Shown here in pieces: positions 48,678-61,786 of a stretch of 64,000 nt of DNA. The position numbers and the translations under genes were made by a program. How positions within the stretch are numbered: position 1 is the stretch's first letter; the number at the start of each line of letters is the position of its first letter. This stretch comes from Raja brachyura (taxonomy: Eukaryota): contig OY740782.1 of assembly GCA_963514005.1 (NCBI GenBank), forward strand, positions 86,118,001 to 86,182,000. The letters are read 5' to 3'. Below the pieces are notes generated by a model, which saw only the letters and a program-made list of their open reading frames with translations, did no database searches and had not been told where the DNA came from.

Positions 48678-50834
48678 TCTTGTGGAATGCTACAGAGCAA
48701 TTAACTGCACTAAAAGCACCTTAAACATTCAAATAGTTAAATATTTAGATGCTGCTGCACCCGCTGAGTTTCTCCAGCTTTTTGTGTAACCCTCGATTCT
48801 CCAGCATCTGCAGTTCCTTCTTTAACAACTAAATATTCAAACACCTTGCCAATGGTTGCACACGCTGTCTAGTCCACTATTATATTTTGCTATAGTTGGA
48901 GAGTCTCACGCAAGGAGATGTGTTTATAAGGAAAGGGAATGTTTGTCAAGATACCTTGGAATTTCTTTTGAATCTCTAGAATTCTCAGGCCTGGGGGATC
49001 ATGGAGGCTGGCTCACTGAGGGAATGTAAGGAGGAAGTAAATTATTTTTTGTACATTGAGGAATTGAGGAAGTAGACATAGAGTCATACAGCATCGAAAC
49101 AGGCTTCTTGGCTCAACTTGTCCATACCGACCAAGATGCCTGGGACTGATCTGCCATGATCACATTGGACATCAGATCAGACGATGGGCCAGATTGCCTA
49201 CTCCTTCTCCTATTTCCTGCTTTCTTCTGTCTGAGATTTTCACTGCAGCAATTCACCAAAACATTTCAATAGCACTTCCCACCACCCAGAAAGAGAAAGG
49301 CATTGGTTAACAGAACTTGGAAATGCTTTAATTTCCAAGTACTGAAGTTAAAATACAATTTCTGTTCCTCATACTTTGCCATTGATTTGTTTGTTAGCAT
49401 GTCAATATCCTTTTTATCATTACATGGTAGCAATAAAATAACCATATTTTAAGGGAAGGGGGTGGATATTAAATTTTTAAAAGCACCTGGAGGAACACAA
49501 TATGTCAGGCAGCAACTATGGGGGAAATGGACAGCTGACATTTCAATTTGAGATTTTTCATTTGACTGAAAGAGTAGAGGGGAAGTGGCCAATGTAAAAA
49601 GATTGGTGGAGGAAGAGTGGGGTTAGATCTAACAAGCAATAGGTTCATATGGGTGAGGAGGAGTTCATTGGCAAACAACAGTGTATGAGAGAAGGGTAGA
49701 GACAGCAACAGAGGCTGGGAAGTGGAGAACAACAGGCTGCAGGTTCTGGAATCTTACAGGAAAAGAAGGTAAAGAATGGAACTGAATGAGGGGTGATGGC
49801 AGATTGGAACAACAGAGGGAGCAAAAGAGAATGTAGTGCGGGGAGGAAATGTATGGAGGAAAAGGGATGTGTTGGGGCATCTAGGGCTACCTGACATTGG
49901 AGAATTCAAAGTACACGCCATTGATTTGTAAGTTACCGTGGAGGAATATGAAGTGTTTCATTTTTGATGACGAGGTTGGGATTGGTGTGGAGATTTGTGC
50001 ATTTGCGGAAGGGGAGGGGATAAAGTTGGAGTGTGTGAGGGGAATGGAGAAGTCAAGGCAGTTGATATCACATTGACAGTTAGAAATGAAAAATTCACGT
50101 GAGGGTAAAAGACCAGAGAGATATTAAATGTTTGCCTTGCTGTCGATAACCATATTCTAATAAAGTGAAGGTAAACCTTTGCTGGGATCAGGACTAGGGT
50201 CACCACTGGGTGATAGGAGTAAATTCAAGTCAAATAATTCATTGTTAAGAAACAAGGAACTGCATATGCTGAAATTTTGTATATAACAATAAATGCAGGA
50301 ATAACTCAGCAGGTCAGACAGCATCGCTGGTGGACATGGATAAGTGAGGTTTCAGATCGGGATCCCTTTTCAGATTCCTTTAATAATTCATAATATTGCA
50401 AGTAACAACCTAATTAACCAAAATAGTCAGGCATGCAGGAGTTAAGATCTTAAAGTGAATTCTACTGCCAATTTAAAAAATCCAAAACGGTTCAGTTTCT
50501 AATTTGAATTTAAGAATATGTTAAAAATCAAGGGGGAAAGAAATGAATCCCAGAAGTGAAGATCAAGAAATAAAAGCTATCTTTAATTTTAACATCTCTA
50601 AAACTGAAAGGACCAGCCCCCAAAACAAACAACCCAGAAATTCTGAGATTACTTTTTTTTAAAAAGGAGGGTGGCACAATAGCTCAGAGATAGAGTTGCT
50701 GCTTCGTAGTTCCTGAGGAAACATTGGACATTTTTAAATAGCTTTAAACTCTGTTTTTTGCAGAAAATTATTACCGTACTGGAACTCATGATTGCAATCT
50801 ATTCTTTGTCATACACTGGAAAATAATTATTTAA

Positions 50835-51565
50835 GGTAGACAAAAATGCTGGAGAAACACAGCGGGTGAGGCAGCATTTATGGAGCTAAGGAAATAGGCG
50901 ACGTTTCGGTTCGAGCCCCTTCTTCAGTCTGATATGAGGGTGGGGGGGGGCGGGAAGAAGAAAGGAAGAGGCGGAGACAGTGGGCTGTGTGAGAGCTGGG
51001 AAGGGGAGGGGAAAGAAGGAGAAAGCAGGGACTACCTGAAATTGGAGAAGTCAATGTTCATACCGCTGGGGTGTAAACTACCCAAGCGAAATATGAGGTG
51101 CTGCTTCTCCAATTTATGGTGGGCCTCACTCTGGCCATGGAGGAGGCCCGGGACAGAAAGGTCGGATTCGGAATGGGAGGGGGAGTTGAAGTGCTGAGCC
51201 ACCGGGAGATCAGGTTGGTTATTGCGAACCGAAATGAGGTGTTGGGCGAAGCGATCGCCAAGCCTACGTTTGGTCTCACCGATGTAGAGCAGCTGACACC
51301 TAGAGCAGCGGATGCAATAGATGAGTTTGGAGGAGGTGCAGGTGAACCTCTGCCGCACCTGGAAAGAATGCTGGGGTTACACAAAAAGCTGGAGAAACTC
51401 AGCGGGTGCAGCAGCATCTAAGGAGCGAAGGAGATAGGCGACGTTTCAGGGTCTCGACCCGAAACGTCGCCTATCTCCTTCGCTCCTTAGATGCTGCTGC
51501 ACCCACTGAGTTTCTCCAGCTTTTTGTGTAACCCTCGATTCTCCAGCATCTGCAGTTCCTTCTTT
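50835..51565 (-). mobile_element. Penelope-like element 3' part (GIY-YIG) with terminal repeats, one forming a hairpin (51374-51534)
   Basis: RQRFTCTSSKLIYCIRCSRCQLLYIGETKRRLGDRFAQH..VAQHFN..LEKQHLIFRLGSLHPSGMN; 74-bp arms with 1 mismatch. Confidence 0.9.
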
Positions 51566-51600
51566 TACAAGAATTAAATGCTTGCAGTTTCTTTGACAAA

Positions 51601-51616
51601 ACACTAGATGGCAGCA
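51601..51616 (+). promoter_or_regulatory. Candidate CTCF site
   Basis: ACACTAGATGGCAGCA is close to the CTCF core CCACYAGRKGGCRSY. Confidence 0.4.
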
Positions 51617-52829
51617 GCGTGTTTGTAATTGAAGCCAAAATTGATTTAACAGCCTGGTTTGCAAGGATAAAGTTTACAAACTTGGATCCTGGTGAGCATT
51701 ACAAGAATTTATGTGATGAGATCACTGATCCCTGTGGGAGATTTGCTCTATTAAAATTAGTTGGCATAGCATTGCTTTTGTAGTCTCCACCCCAAATCCT
51801 CATTTGTACTGGCACCATGTAAAATGTAACACCTACGCTATTTTGTGAAATTCTGCTCCGAGGGCCTCAAAGTTTGTAGCCAATGACTCTCTGCGGTTCT
51901 TTCATCTGTGTTCCAATGAAAGGAAAACCATGCATTCTGGAAACGCAGGCTGGGAAATTTGTGCTTACATGGACTAGCTGCCCAATTCTATATGAATGCT
52001 TGGACATTTGGGGAGTTTGGCCCATCACCCTCGCTTCACAACTTGATCTACATCTTACTCAATGCAGCCCCGTGGCCTGGTTTCAATCCCCAGTCCTCCC
52101 CCACCTTACCAGCTTGCCAGCATTTACCTTTTCCAGATGCAGAGGGTCAATCTACCTGACCCACAGGCACCCCGGAGAAGAAAAGCTCTGTACTCTGGTG
52201 CCATATCCTGAAGTCCCAGCCTGGAGAAGGAATTGACTGCCTTTGCAAATTCTCAATTGTCAAATGCCTTTTGAACTATTTTTAAATATCTCTGCTGGTC
52301 AAAGGGCGAACACATCCCCACTTTGTTTTCTGCCAACACTGCCAAGGTTTTGCAATGATTTAAAATCTGCCTGGCACTCAGAAACATTCAAACATTACTG
52401 AGAATTAAATAAGCAAACACATTTTAAAAAAGTAATAGTTTAGGAAAATATAAATAAAATCACTTAAAGTGCTATTAAATACTGAACACATTGCTGTAAA
52501 CAGCTAAGACGTTTAACTAACCTTATTATTTAGTTCAATTGCTGCAATAAAATCTGCAGTCACAGGATCAAAGCCGATTTCCCCACCATAAATGTCGGTA
52601 GAATTTCGGCAATTTTCCGTTCCACCCTTGGACCAGAGACAGATTACAGCCCAGTAAATATGCACCAGATCTCAGCCAGTGATATCCATATCCGTACAAG
52701 ACTCCTACAGTGATGGTGAGTAAATGCCAGCAGTCCTGTGCGGAACTCCTAGCAAGAAAGATCCCAGGAAGATTGTGTCCCTCTTTGTCAAAAACCAGGC
52801 CGCACACCAGATACCAACCAATTTGTGGA

Positions 52830-53102
52830 TTACCATTTAAAAAAAGGTATATTCTTCTTAAACTCAGCAGATTTATTTGGGGACAGGTTCAAAATGGTGG
52901 AGTAACTCAGCGGAACAGGTAGCATCTCTGAAGAGAAGGAGAGTGTGACGTTTTGGGTCGAGACTCTTCTTCAGTCTGAAACGTCACCCATTCCTTCTCT
53001 CCAGAGATGCTGCCTGCCCTGCTGAGTTACTCCAGCATTTTGTACCAGTCCCCAAATAAATCAGCTGAGTTTAAGAAGAATATACCTTTTTTTAAATGGT
53101 AA
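52830..53102. repeat. About 270-bp fold-back: Penelope-type palindrome with an extra 55-bp outer inverted repeat
   Basis: ttaccatttaaaaaaaggtatattcttcttaaactcagcagatttatttggggac pairs with gtccccaaataaatcagctgagtttaagaagaatatacctttttttaaatggtaa. Confidence 0.85.
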
Positions 53103-54170
53103 CCTTTTTTCCCCATTCCTCCTTAGCTCAGGACCCCGGACAGGGGTTGCTCTACCAAGCAGGTTTTGTTTTGAGCCATGATTTCAAAGGTGAAATCAAG
53201 CACGGCGCAGTGTGTGCCAAGTCCCCAACGCCATGGCCACAGATCAGTCGACTTATCAGAAGCAGCTGAAATGCAGGAACCAGCTGCTGAACAAGGGGAC
53301 AGTTGCAGTGAACCAGATGCTTGGGAACCAGAGAATCTGGCTAAGATTCATTTTGTTAACTAAGTACAACTTCAGTGCCAAGCAAGGCCTTGGCAGCTTG
53401 CTTAGACCCTCTGCAAGGTGCCCATCAGGATCCAATGATAGCACAAAGGCCTCTGAGTTGGAAGTTTGATGGCTTGGGCCTCTTCCTCAGTGGAAAGTCC
53501 ATGCTGACATGACAATGCAGTACAGTGCAGGAGGGTGACCTATCTGATGAGACATTAAACTACAATTCAGTCTGCCTCGTCAATGGACATAAACAATCTC
53601 ATGCACCTAACTGCTTCCTCAACCATTTTCAGTGAAATGGGTCACTTGGTTGATGTTTGTGTGACCTTTCTATATGCTGTGTTTTCTGACATTCAGCATC
53701 TACCAACTGTAGAGCGCTCAGTGAAGTAATAAAAGGAAGAAAGACAGGACATAAACACAATGCTCAGAAGAATCTATCTCTCATTTTGAGAGAAAAGGGT
53801 AGCTTTCGTGTTGGTTTCATTGGGATTTCAGCAGTACCAGGAACAGGTGTGGAGAGGCCTAATCCTTGAAAATGCCAAAGGAGGATGTGAGATGAAATTA
53901 TTTTGTAAGAGTTTTCCAGAAATACTACCATTTCCATTCATCCAAGGAGAAGTGGACATAAGCAGTTGTTACAGAGGTACCACATATTCTGTAAGGATAG
54001 CTCCAGGCAATCACGGAGGCATGGACTGCCTTCTTGGGGCAGTTAAGGATACCGTGTTCTACCCCAGAGACCTGACCACAAGACTCTGACTTGACGCTCC
54101 ATTGAGCCACCAACTTTGACACTGCTGTCTTCCAGATGTACCGTTAAATGCAAGCCCATTCATGTGAGAC

Positions 54171-54305
54171 NNNNNNNNNNNNNNNNNNNNNNNNNNNNNN
54201 NNNNNNNNNNNNNNNNNNNNNNNNNNNNNNNNNNNNNNNNNNNNNNNNNNNNNNNNNNNNNNNNNNNNNNNNNNNNNNNNNNNNNNNNNNNNNNNNNNNN
54301 NNNNN
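54171..54305. other. Assembly gap
   Basis: Run of N. Confidence 1.
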
Positions 54306-55595
54306 GAGGGAGAGGGAGGGAGGAAAAATTGAAGGTGAGGACGTGAGGAAAACCAAATGGGGAAGAAATGAGAGAAGATAACCAAATGGAAGCAAAACCA
54401 TGGAAAGAGTCTTCCACAGAGGATCTGGGGGAAAAATGGAGGAGAGAACTGAGAGAAGTTAGGGATGGTTGATGTCAAGAGAGAAAGCGTGCTGAGGATA
54501 CTTGCATGGATTTTTGTCAATGAAGAGTGAGGAGAATAGAACTGAGGGCAGGAAGAGTAAGGGTGGGGATAACAAAGTGAGAATAATTGAGGAGGGTATT
54601 CTTGAGATATATCTTTGACTGGATAGCATGCAACACACAAGATTTTCAGTGCACCTCAGTACCCGTGACATAAATAAACTAAACTAAATCAGTTCTTCCA
54701 TCAAACAGCTTGAGTTTTATTTCCCTAATGCTGAATCATCTCTTTCTGGCATTTCTTAATCCCATATTCCAGTCCCCCCTGCACCCCACTAACCACCCCA
54801 TCCGTCCTTGAAGGTATTTTTTCCCCAGTCTCAGCCTCCCTGTGTCCTCATATTCCACTTCACCCTCTCCAATTATCCAATTCGGCCTTTTCCCACCTCG
54901 TACATTTACACAGCCATTGATGACAAATTTCACTGAAAGTTTTCCACTTTGATCAAAGAACTTAGTGATATTCTTGGCAGGAAACAAGGATTGAAAGAAC
55001 TAACTGAACTGTCGCTGACAATTTACATAATGTGCTTGACAAAGATATTTCAATTACTCTCCTGGGGAGAAAGAAAAGCCTTTTGTTTTGCGATTGGATC
55101 AAGGGAATAAGACCTTTTCCAGATTAGGACTTTGAGGGAAAATACGGTGAAAGAAGATATTCAAATAATTATTTGCACAAAGATTTTTAAACTGTGATAT
55201 TTGTCACTGGAAATTTGCATAACTGAAAGCTGTTAAATCGATAAGCATCAACGTAGTGATGGAAAAGACTGTTGACAATGGACAGGATGTCATTATCAAC
55301 AGTCTGAATTATAGTTTAACAGTATATTTAAAGATTTTTTTAATGAAGAAAAGCAACCGGCGCTAGTATCTGTGCCAGAAGAATGGGAAAGATAAGACAT
55401 AGAGCCACAGTAGATCATTTCACAAGTTGACAGGATCATAAAAGTGCAATTCCTGCCAAGATGAAACAGGAAGTAGTTGCCTCGTAAAGCACTGGATCAG
55501 CAGGAAAACACTTACACAAATCGGAAATTTCAGCAGAAGTGAAAAGCCATTGACCGCAGGCAGAGAAAACATCTTCTACAGCACCGGGACACAAG

Positions 55596-55905
55596 GGGGC
55601 AGCACGGTGGCACAACAGCAGAGTTGCTGCCTTACACTGCCAGAGACCTGGGTTTGATCCTGATTACGGGTGCTGCATATACAGAGTTAGTACGTTCTCT
55701 CCGTGACCTGCGTGGGTTTTCTCCGGGTGCTCCGGTTCACTCCCACACTCTAAAGATGTACAGATTAGTAGATTAATTGGCTTTGGTAAAATTGTAAATT
55801 GTCCCAATGCGTCAGTGTGCGGGAATAGCTGGTCGGCGTAGACTCGGTGGGCTAAAGGGCTTGTTTCCACGCTGTATCTCTAAACTAAACTAAACTAAAC
55901 TAAAC
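55596..55905 (+). mobile_element. HE1-like V-SINE, full length
   Basis: Pol III A/B-box-like head ggcagcacggtggc...gggtttgatcc, V-domain-like core, (CTAAA)n tail. Confidence 0.85.
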
Positions 55906-55968
55906 CAACATGTCCCCTACAGAATTAGCCAAAGCACTTCAGTCAGTGAAGTATTTACAAAGGCAATT

Positions 55969-56268
55969 GTTTAGTTTAGTTTAGAGGTACATCGCAGAAA
56001 CAGGCCCTTCGGCCCACCGAGGCCGCACCGACCAGCGGTCCCCATACACTTACACTATTCTACACAAGAGGGACAATTTACGGAAACCAAATAACCTACA
56101 AACCTGCACGGCTTTGGAGTGTAGGAAAAAAATGGAGCACTCGGAGAAAACCCTCACGGTCACAGGGGGAATGTACAAACTCCGTACAGATGGCATCTGT
56201 AGTCAGGATCGAACCTAGGTCTCTGGCGCTATAAGGCAGCAACTCCACGGCTGTGCCACCATGCCACC
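55969..56268 (-). mobile_element. HE1-like V-SINE, full length, tail-to-tail with the previous copy
   Basis: Reverse complement of the same consensus. Confidence 0.85.
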
Positions 56269-57595
56269 CAACTGACTTTGTAATGTAGGAGACATAGACA
56301 ATTTCTGCACAGCAAAACCCCACAAGCAGTAATGTGATAATGGTTAATTAAGTTGTATTTTTTGTTGGTTGAAATGTTAATATTGGCAAAGACACTGGAG
56401 ACAAACCCTCTGCTCCGATACAATATATTGCCGTGGGATCTTTCACATGCAGTTCAGAAGATGAATGGGGCTTCAATTGAACGTGCTGTCCAGAGGACAA
56501 GGCAACTCGGAAGTGTTCTGGAGTGTCGGCCCAGATGCTGGTCTCTAAATGCTACTTAATGACTCGGAGGCAAGAGTGCTAACTGAACAGCATTGAATAC
56601 ATTCCACAGGTAAAATACACCCATGTAATAGGATCTGATCACATGCACATTCATGCTTCATTCAAGTAGAATGCAAGTATGTTAGAAGTTTGGAGAAAAC
56701 TGAACAGGCTTTTAGAACTCTTTGGCTGGAGTGGCAGTATGCAGTCTATTAACATAATTAGAGACGTAAATAAAGCTGATGTAAATGAGTTCGTTAATTT
56801 GGAGAATGAGAGTAAATTAAACGGTCATTAAAAAAAAGCCTTTAGTTACGTAAAGGTTTTTATATCCTGCAGAATGTTGGTTTTGTGGAATGGTTGATAT
56901 CTAACATGTCAAGTAGGAACTATATTTGGTCCAGCTGTGGCCTAATTAGTTTATTTTATATATACAGTAGAGACAAAGAACTGCAGATGCTGATTAATAC
57001 ATGCAGTGCTGGAGTAACTCAGCAGGTCAGGCAGCATCTATGGATAGGCGACGCTTCGGGTCGAGACCCTTCCTAAGACACAGTTCATTGCTCTTGCATT
57101 CCATGCCTCAGCCAATAAAGACAAGATTCCTGTATTTGTCTTAATTTGTCTGTGAAAAACCTGTAGACTTGCTTGGCAGAATCTATTCTCAACTCTTCTT
57201 TGTATCCTACCTTGTCTTGTGTGTGCCATGCTTCTTTGCCTTCCACAAATACATTACCTAATCCTTTTCTAAATTGAATTGTACATGTCCCAGTCTAATC
57301 AGTCCATTAATATCTTCCTGAAGCTAAAACTTACTATCGACCACAGTGTCCATTATGATATCAACACCCAACACTGTTATCATCACCCTTGCATTTAAGT
57401 CCAATTTTCCTGGCATGAATTTCAAACCTTCCACCCTCCAACAGGAAAAAGCACACTATTTACCCAATTCCACAGAGCACAGTCAGTAAGGATCAAGGAC
57501 TGGGATCCCCAGGTACAATAAACCTTTCAAAATATCAATGCACTTTTACTTCTGGCATCTTACTCACACATAGATTTATTTATTCCATTGTTGAT

Positions 57596-57751
57596 NNNNN
57601 NNNNNNNNNNNNNNNNNNNNNNNNNNNNNNNNNNNNNNNNNNNNNNNNNNNNNNNNNNNNNNNNNNNNNNNNNNNNNNNNNNNNNNNNNNNNNNNNNNNN
57701 NNNNNNNNNNNNNNNNNNNNNNNNNNNNNNNNNNNNNNNNNNNNNNNNNNN
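57596..57751. other. Assembly gap
   Basis: Run of N. Confidence 1.
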
Positions 57752-57949
57752 GTACTTCAAAATACGACAAAATTAGGAGAGCTATTCCTGATCAGTGCAA
57801 CCAAAACAAGTCCAAACAAGACAAAGTCACATCCAATACATTCAATACGTTATTTTGCACAGGGAGAATATTACACTTAAATTAGTAAATACTTTAGTAT
57901 ATAAAAGTATATTAGTATATAAAAAAATAAAATAAAATAAATAAAAGAA

Positions 57950-58405
57950 TTAGTAAATACTTTTAAATAATTTAAAAAAAGTAGAAATATTAACTGATTG
58001 GTCTGTTTTATAGTGGAATTGATGACAGCATTCTCTTGTTGTGTGGATAGTTGAGGAATTTAGAGTTCTAATGGGCCACGGAAAGAAACTGTTCTTGAGT
58101 CTGTTTGTCCGGCTTTTGATGTGCCTGTAGCTCCTACCAGAGGGCAGGAGGTTGAACAGTGACTGTCCTGGATAGAAAGGGTCTTCGATTATTTTCCTGG
58201 CTCTACGGAGGCACCAAGAGCTGGAGATGTCATCCAGGGAAGGCAGAGGGCAGCCGATGATTTTCTGGGCAGTTTTGATCACTCTGTGCAGTGCTCTCCT
58301 TTCTGCTGCTGAGTACCCGCATACCACACTGTGATGCAATATGCCACCACACTCTCGATGGTGAAGCAGTAGAAGGTCACTAGTAGCTTCTCCTCTAAAC
58401 TATTC
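57950..58405 (-). mobile_element. Rex1/Babar LINE 3' fragment
   Basis: RALHRVIKTAQKIIG..LLPSGRSYRHIKSRTNRLKNSFFP. Confidence 0.85.
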
Positions 58406-60433
58406 AAAAGCCCTCATCACAGAAATTCCTCCCTAAAAACTTATGTCTCTCTCGATGACATTATTTATTTATGATTATAAGGCACAAAATGCTGGAGAAG
58501 CTCAGCGGGACAGGCAGCATCTCTGGATAGATGGAATGGGTGATGTTTCGGGTCGAGACCCTTCTTCTTACAGGGAAATGAGAGCTATAGAATGGAAAGG
58601 TGTGAAAACTAGATATCAAAGAGGACGAAGCCTGAAGAAAATGTAGAATACATCATTGTTAGCTAGGGAAAGATTACAACGAGGCATACAATGTAAAATA
58701 CATACCACTTGGACCAAGGTTTATTCATCTGCCCTAATAACGTAGTTATTTTGTTTTTTTGCACGGTATTGTTTAAATGGTTCTATTCAGTTTATCAACA
58801 AGAAGCATCTTTGAGCTTCTCAATCTTTATCCAGGAAGGCCATATTATTTGTTTGCAAACATGGTTATCAGAATCCACGCCCGCCCCCCAACAATCAGTC
58901 TAAAGAAGAAGTCCTTGGCATGAAACGGCACCTGTCCATGTTCTCCAGACATGTTGCCTGACCCATTGAGTTACGCCAGCACTTGTGTCTATTTCTGTTA
59001 TCAGATTCATGTTGCCTGTGGAGTAGAGTGGGAGAGCAGAGAATACAGTTTCCTTGACTATTTGAAAATGATACAATCCAGTTTTTGTTCCGGCATTTAA
59101 AAGCTGACAGGATTTAGAATTATCAACAATATATGGATTATACATCGCACTGTTCATCGCACTGTTAGACAGACCTGCTCTCAGGTGGAAGCCACCTTTG
59201 CAGAGTTCACTACAGTTTTAGCATCTGATTCCTCAAATCTTTGAACAGTGCCCTTTTACAACACAGCAATTGTAGTTTTTTGGTTCTTTCCATGCATTGA
59301 AATCACATTTTTATCATGTGCAGCTAGTCAGCTGCTAGTGTAGGTCAAGGAAACACAAAGCATCACTCTCATCCGTTTGCTGAAAGCACTAAACAGCTGT
59401 AATCAATGGCATTTCCTTACTCAATGAAATACTATTTCAGCATATTTTAGTTATTTGTTATCACCAAGGAGGCAGACCATGTTTTTTTTTTATATCTTAA
59501 ATTTGCTTATTTTCCAACTAAATAAACAATTGAGAATGTAAAAAAGTATGAGAATATTTTAATGTTATTCCCATTTCCTGTTTGCTTCAACCGGGGTCAT
59601 AAAACACACATCAAAATAGTAAATTAAATTTCACAGCGATTTTGACCACTGACTTATACAACTGTGTAAAGCTGTTAGCTTTGAACATGGGGCTGCCTTT
59701 CCAGAGTATCAACAGCAAACACTTACAGCCAGAGAGCTTTTCTCCATGTTGTATGTCACCATCACTCTATGATCTTAAATATAGACCCAAAAAACTAAGG
59801 GAATTCCATATTCCATATAAGATCTTGTTGCAAAGCAAGATCTTATATTTCAATATTTCAAACCAATACTCTGAAAGATGGCCATCAACCTGAAATTATT
59901 CTAAAAAGTTAACATGCAAGAACCTGCAGGTAGGTCAGCACCTGTCCAGAGAAAACTAGAGTTGATGTTTAGGTACATCAGACTTTATCAGAACTAGGCC
60001 GGCAACCCGAAACATTAACCCTGTTTCTCCCTGCATAACCCCTACCCAGCCAACAAATAATACCAAGCTTTCTGTTTCTCTTCCAGAATTGCCAGCATCT
60101 GCCATCTTTAGATTTTTGATTCCAAAACATTAGCTTTGTTTTTCTCTCTACAATACTGTGCATTTGTGGAATATTTCCAGCATTTCCCTCGTGCTCTCTA
60201 TTTTTTCCATTGTAGTTCTTAAGATTTTGAGTCAGCTAGTGAAGTTAGGCTCTGGGAGAGGTGTAACAAACGGGAGAGAATCCAGAAAGCGGAGGTAAAA
60301 AGGGAATTGCGAGTGCTGGTGCAGGATTCCCAAAAAGTGAATCTGCAAATTGAATTGGTAGTAAAGAAGGCAAACGCAATGCCAGCATTTATTTCAAGAG
60401 GGCTAGAATACAAAAACAGGGATGTAATACTAA

Positions 60434-61786
60434 TGGGCCTGTCCCACTTAGGCAACTTTGCAGGCCTGAAAAACCAGCGACTGTCAGAGTGAAACACACA
60501 CGCACACACACATTGCTTCATTCACCAGCCTGTTATGCTGGCGGGGGACAGGGCAAGCGCTGTCTGAGTGAAATTGACACGGTGCAAAGCCAATGTGATA
60601 CAGACACACACTGCGATGAACAGGAAGGTTGGCGCTGTAATTAAGATGGTGAAAGCACAGTGTACGGGAAGGGTCACGTAAGTCCTTTAAAAGGGGGGGG
60701 GGGGGAGAGGGGGAGAAGGGGGGAGAAGGAGTGGAGACAACTTTTCAGAAGCAAGACATACACGGCTGTGAAGCTCGGCGGACATTAACATTACTGGTCA
60801 GTTCTGAAAACTTCTGCTTTCGTTTTTTTTCCCATTGAGCCAATGAAATTCACTGGTCAGCACCGGCTACAACCTACGACAACCTATGACAACCGTCGAT
60901 CTCCTGGCAACCCACTACCACTACACCTACGGCACGTGAATTCTCGCTAATCTCCATGGCGGCTTCATATTGGTTGCCGCTAATTTTTCAACATGTTCAA
61001 AAATTTGCGGCAACCATAATGAGACCTCGACTAGTTCCGAGAATGCGGGAACTCCTCACGACCATGAAGGTGACTCCCCTGCAACCAGGCACGGAAATTG
61101 CTATCAAAATATGGAGGGGACAGGGGGGACACAATTTTTTGGCGGCCGCGCACGCATGCGCGCACTCACACACACACACGCGCGCCACTTCGGAGGCTCA
61201 ATCCAGCGTTAAATGCAGCTCAACTCAGCCTGTCTCACTGGGTTAACCTACAGCCCTGATTGGACTGACGGGACACCAGCGCTGCTTCTCCGTGCTGGCT
61301 GTGGGCCTGGGGGCACCGCTCCCGTCTGAGTCCCAACCTCTCTGGCCACTGGTGGAGGGGGTGGGCACTTGGGTGGGGACGGGACAGCGCCGGGGAGCCG
61401 GGATCAATCCTGGCTGCGGATGAAGCGCAGGTCTGTGCCGAGAGTGTTTTGGCACGTCTCCCTCCTCCAATCACTGCGTTGAATCATCATGTCCCGCTCC
61501 CATTGCCTGCTGACCGACGTCTCTCTTGTCCAATCGGCGCCCTCGATCAGCGGTCCCACCCCCACTGTCTCGCGGAAGGTGGAGATTTCACCGGGTTTTA
61601 AAATCCGGATTACAAAAACGTGGGGCGGACTGTTCCCCACCTCTCAAAACAGAGGGGGACGTGTCCCCCCCTGCCCCCCGGGATGTTCACCCCTGCCTGC
61701 AATCACCCGCGAACATGTGGTGACTGTGTGGCGACTGCATTGTCTCCTGCAGTCACCTAAAAAGTTGCCTAAGTGGGACAGACCCA
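60434..61786. mobile_element. Harbinger-type MITE (family of 2262-3039)
   Basis: TGGGCCTGTCCCACTTAGGCAACTTT ... AAAGTTGCCTAAGTGGGACAGACCCA; flanks TAA/TTA. Confidence 0.85.
61086..61695. mobile_element. hAT-like non-autonomous element nested in the Harbinger MITE
   Basis: CAGG...CCTG ends; 8-bp flanks CCTGCAAC / CCTGCAAT; the MITE sequence resumes after it. Confidence 0.7.

Noticed and set aside
55596-55670. tRNA gene
   Set aside because: tRNA-derived SINE head; it continues into a SINE body and tail with no full cloverleaf
54059-57776. ORFs spanning N runs
   Set aside because: Artefacts of assembly gaps
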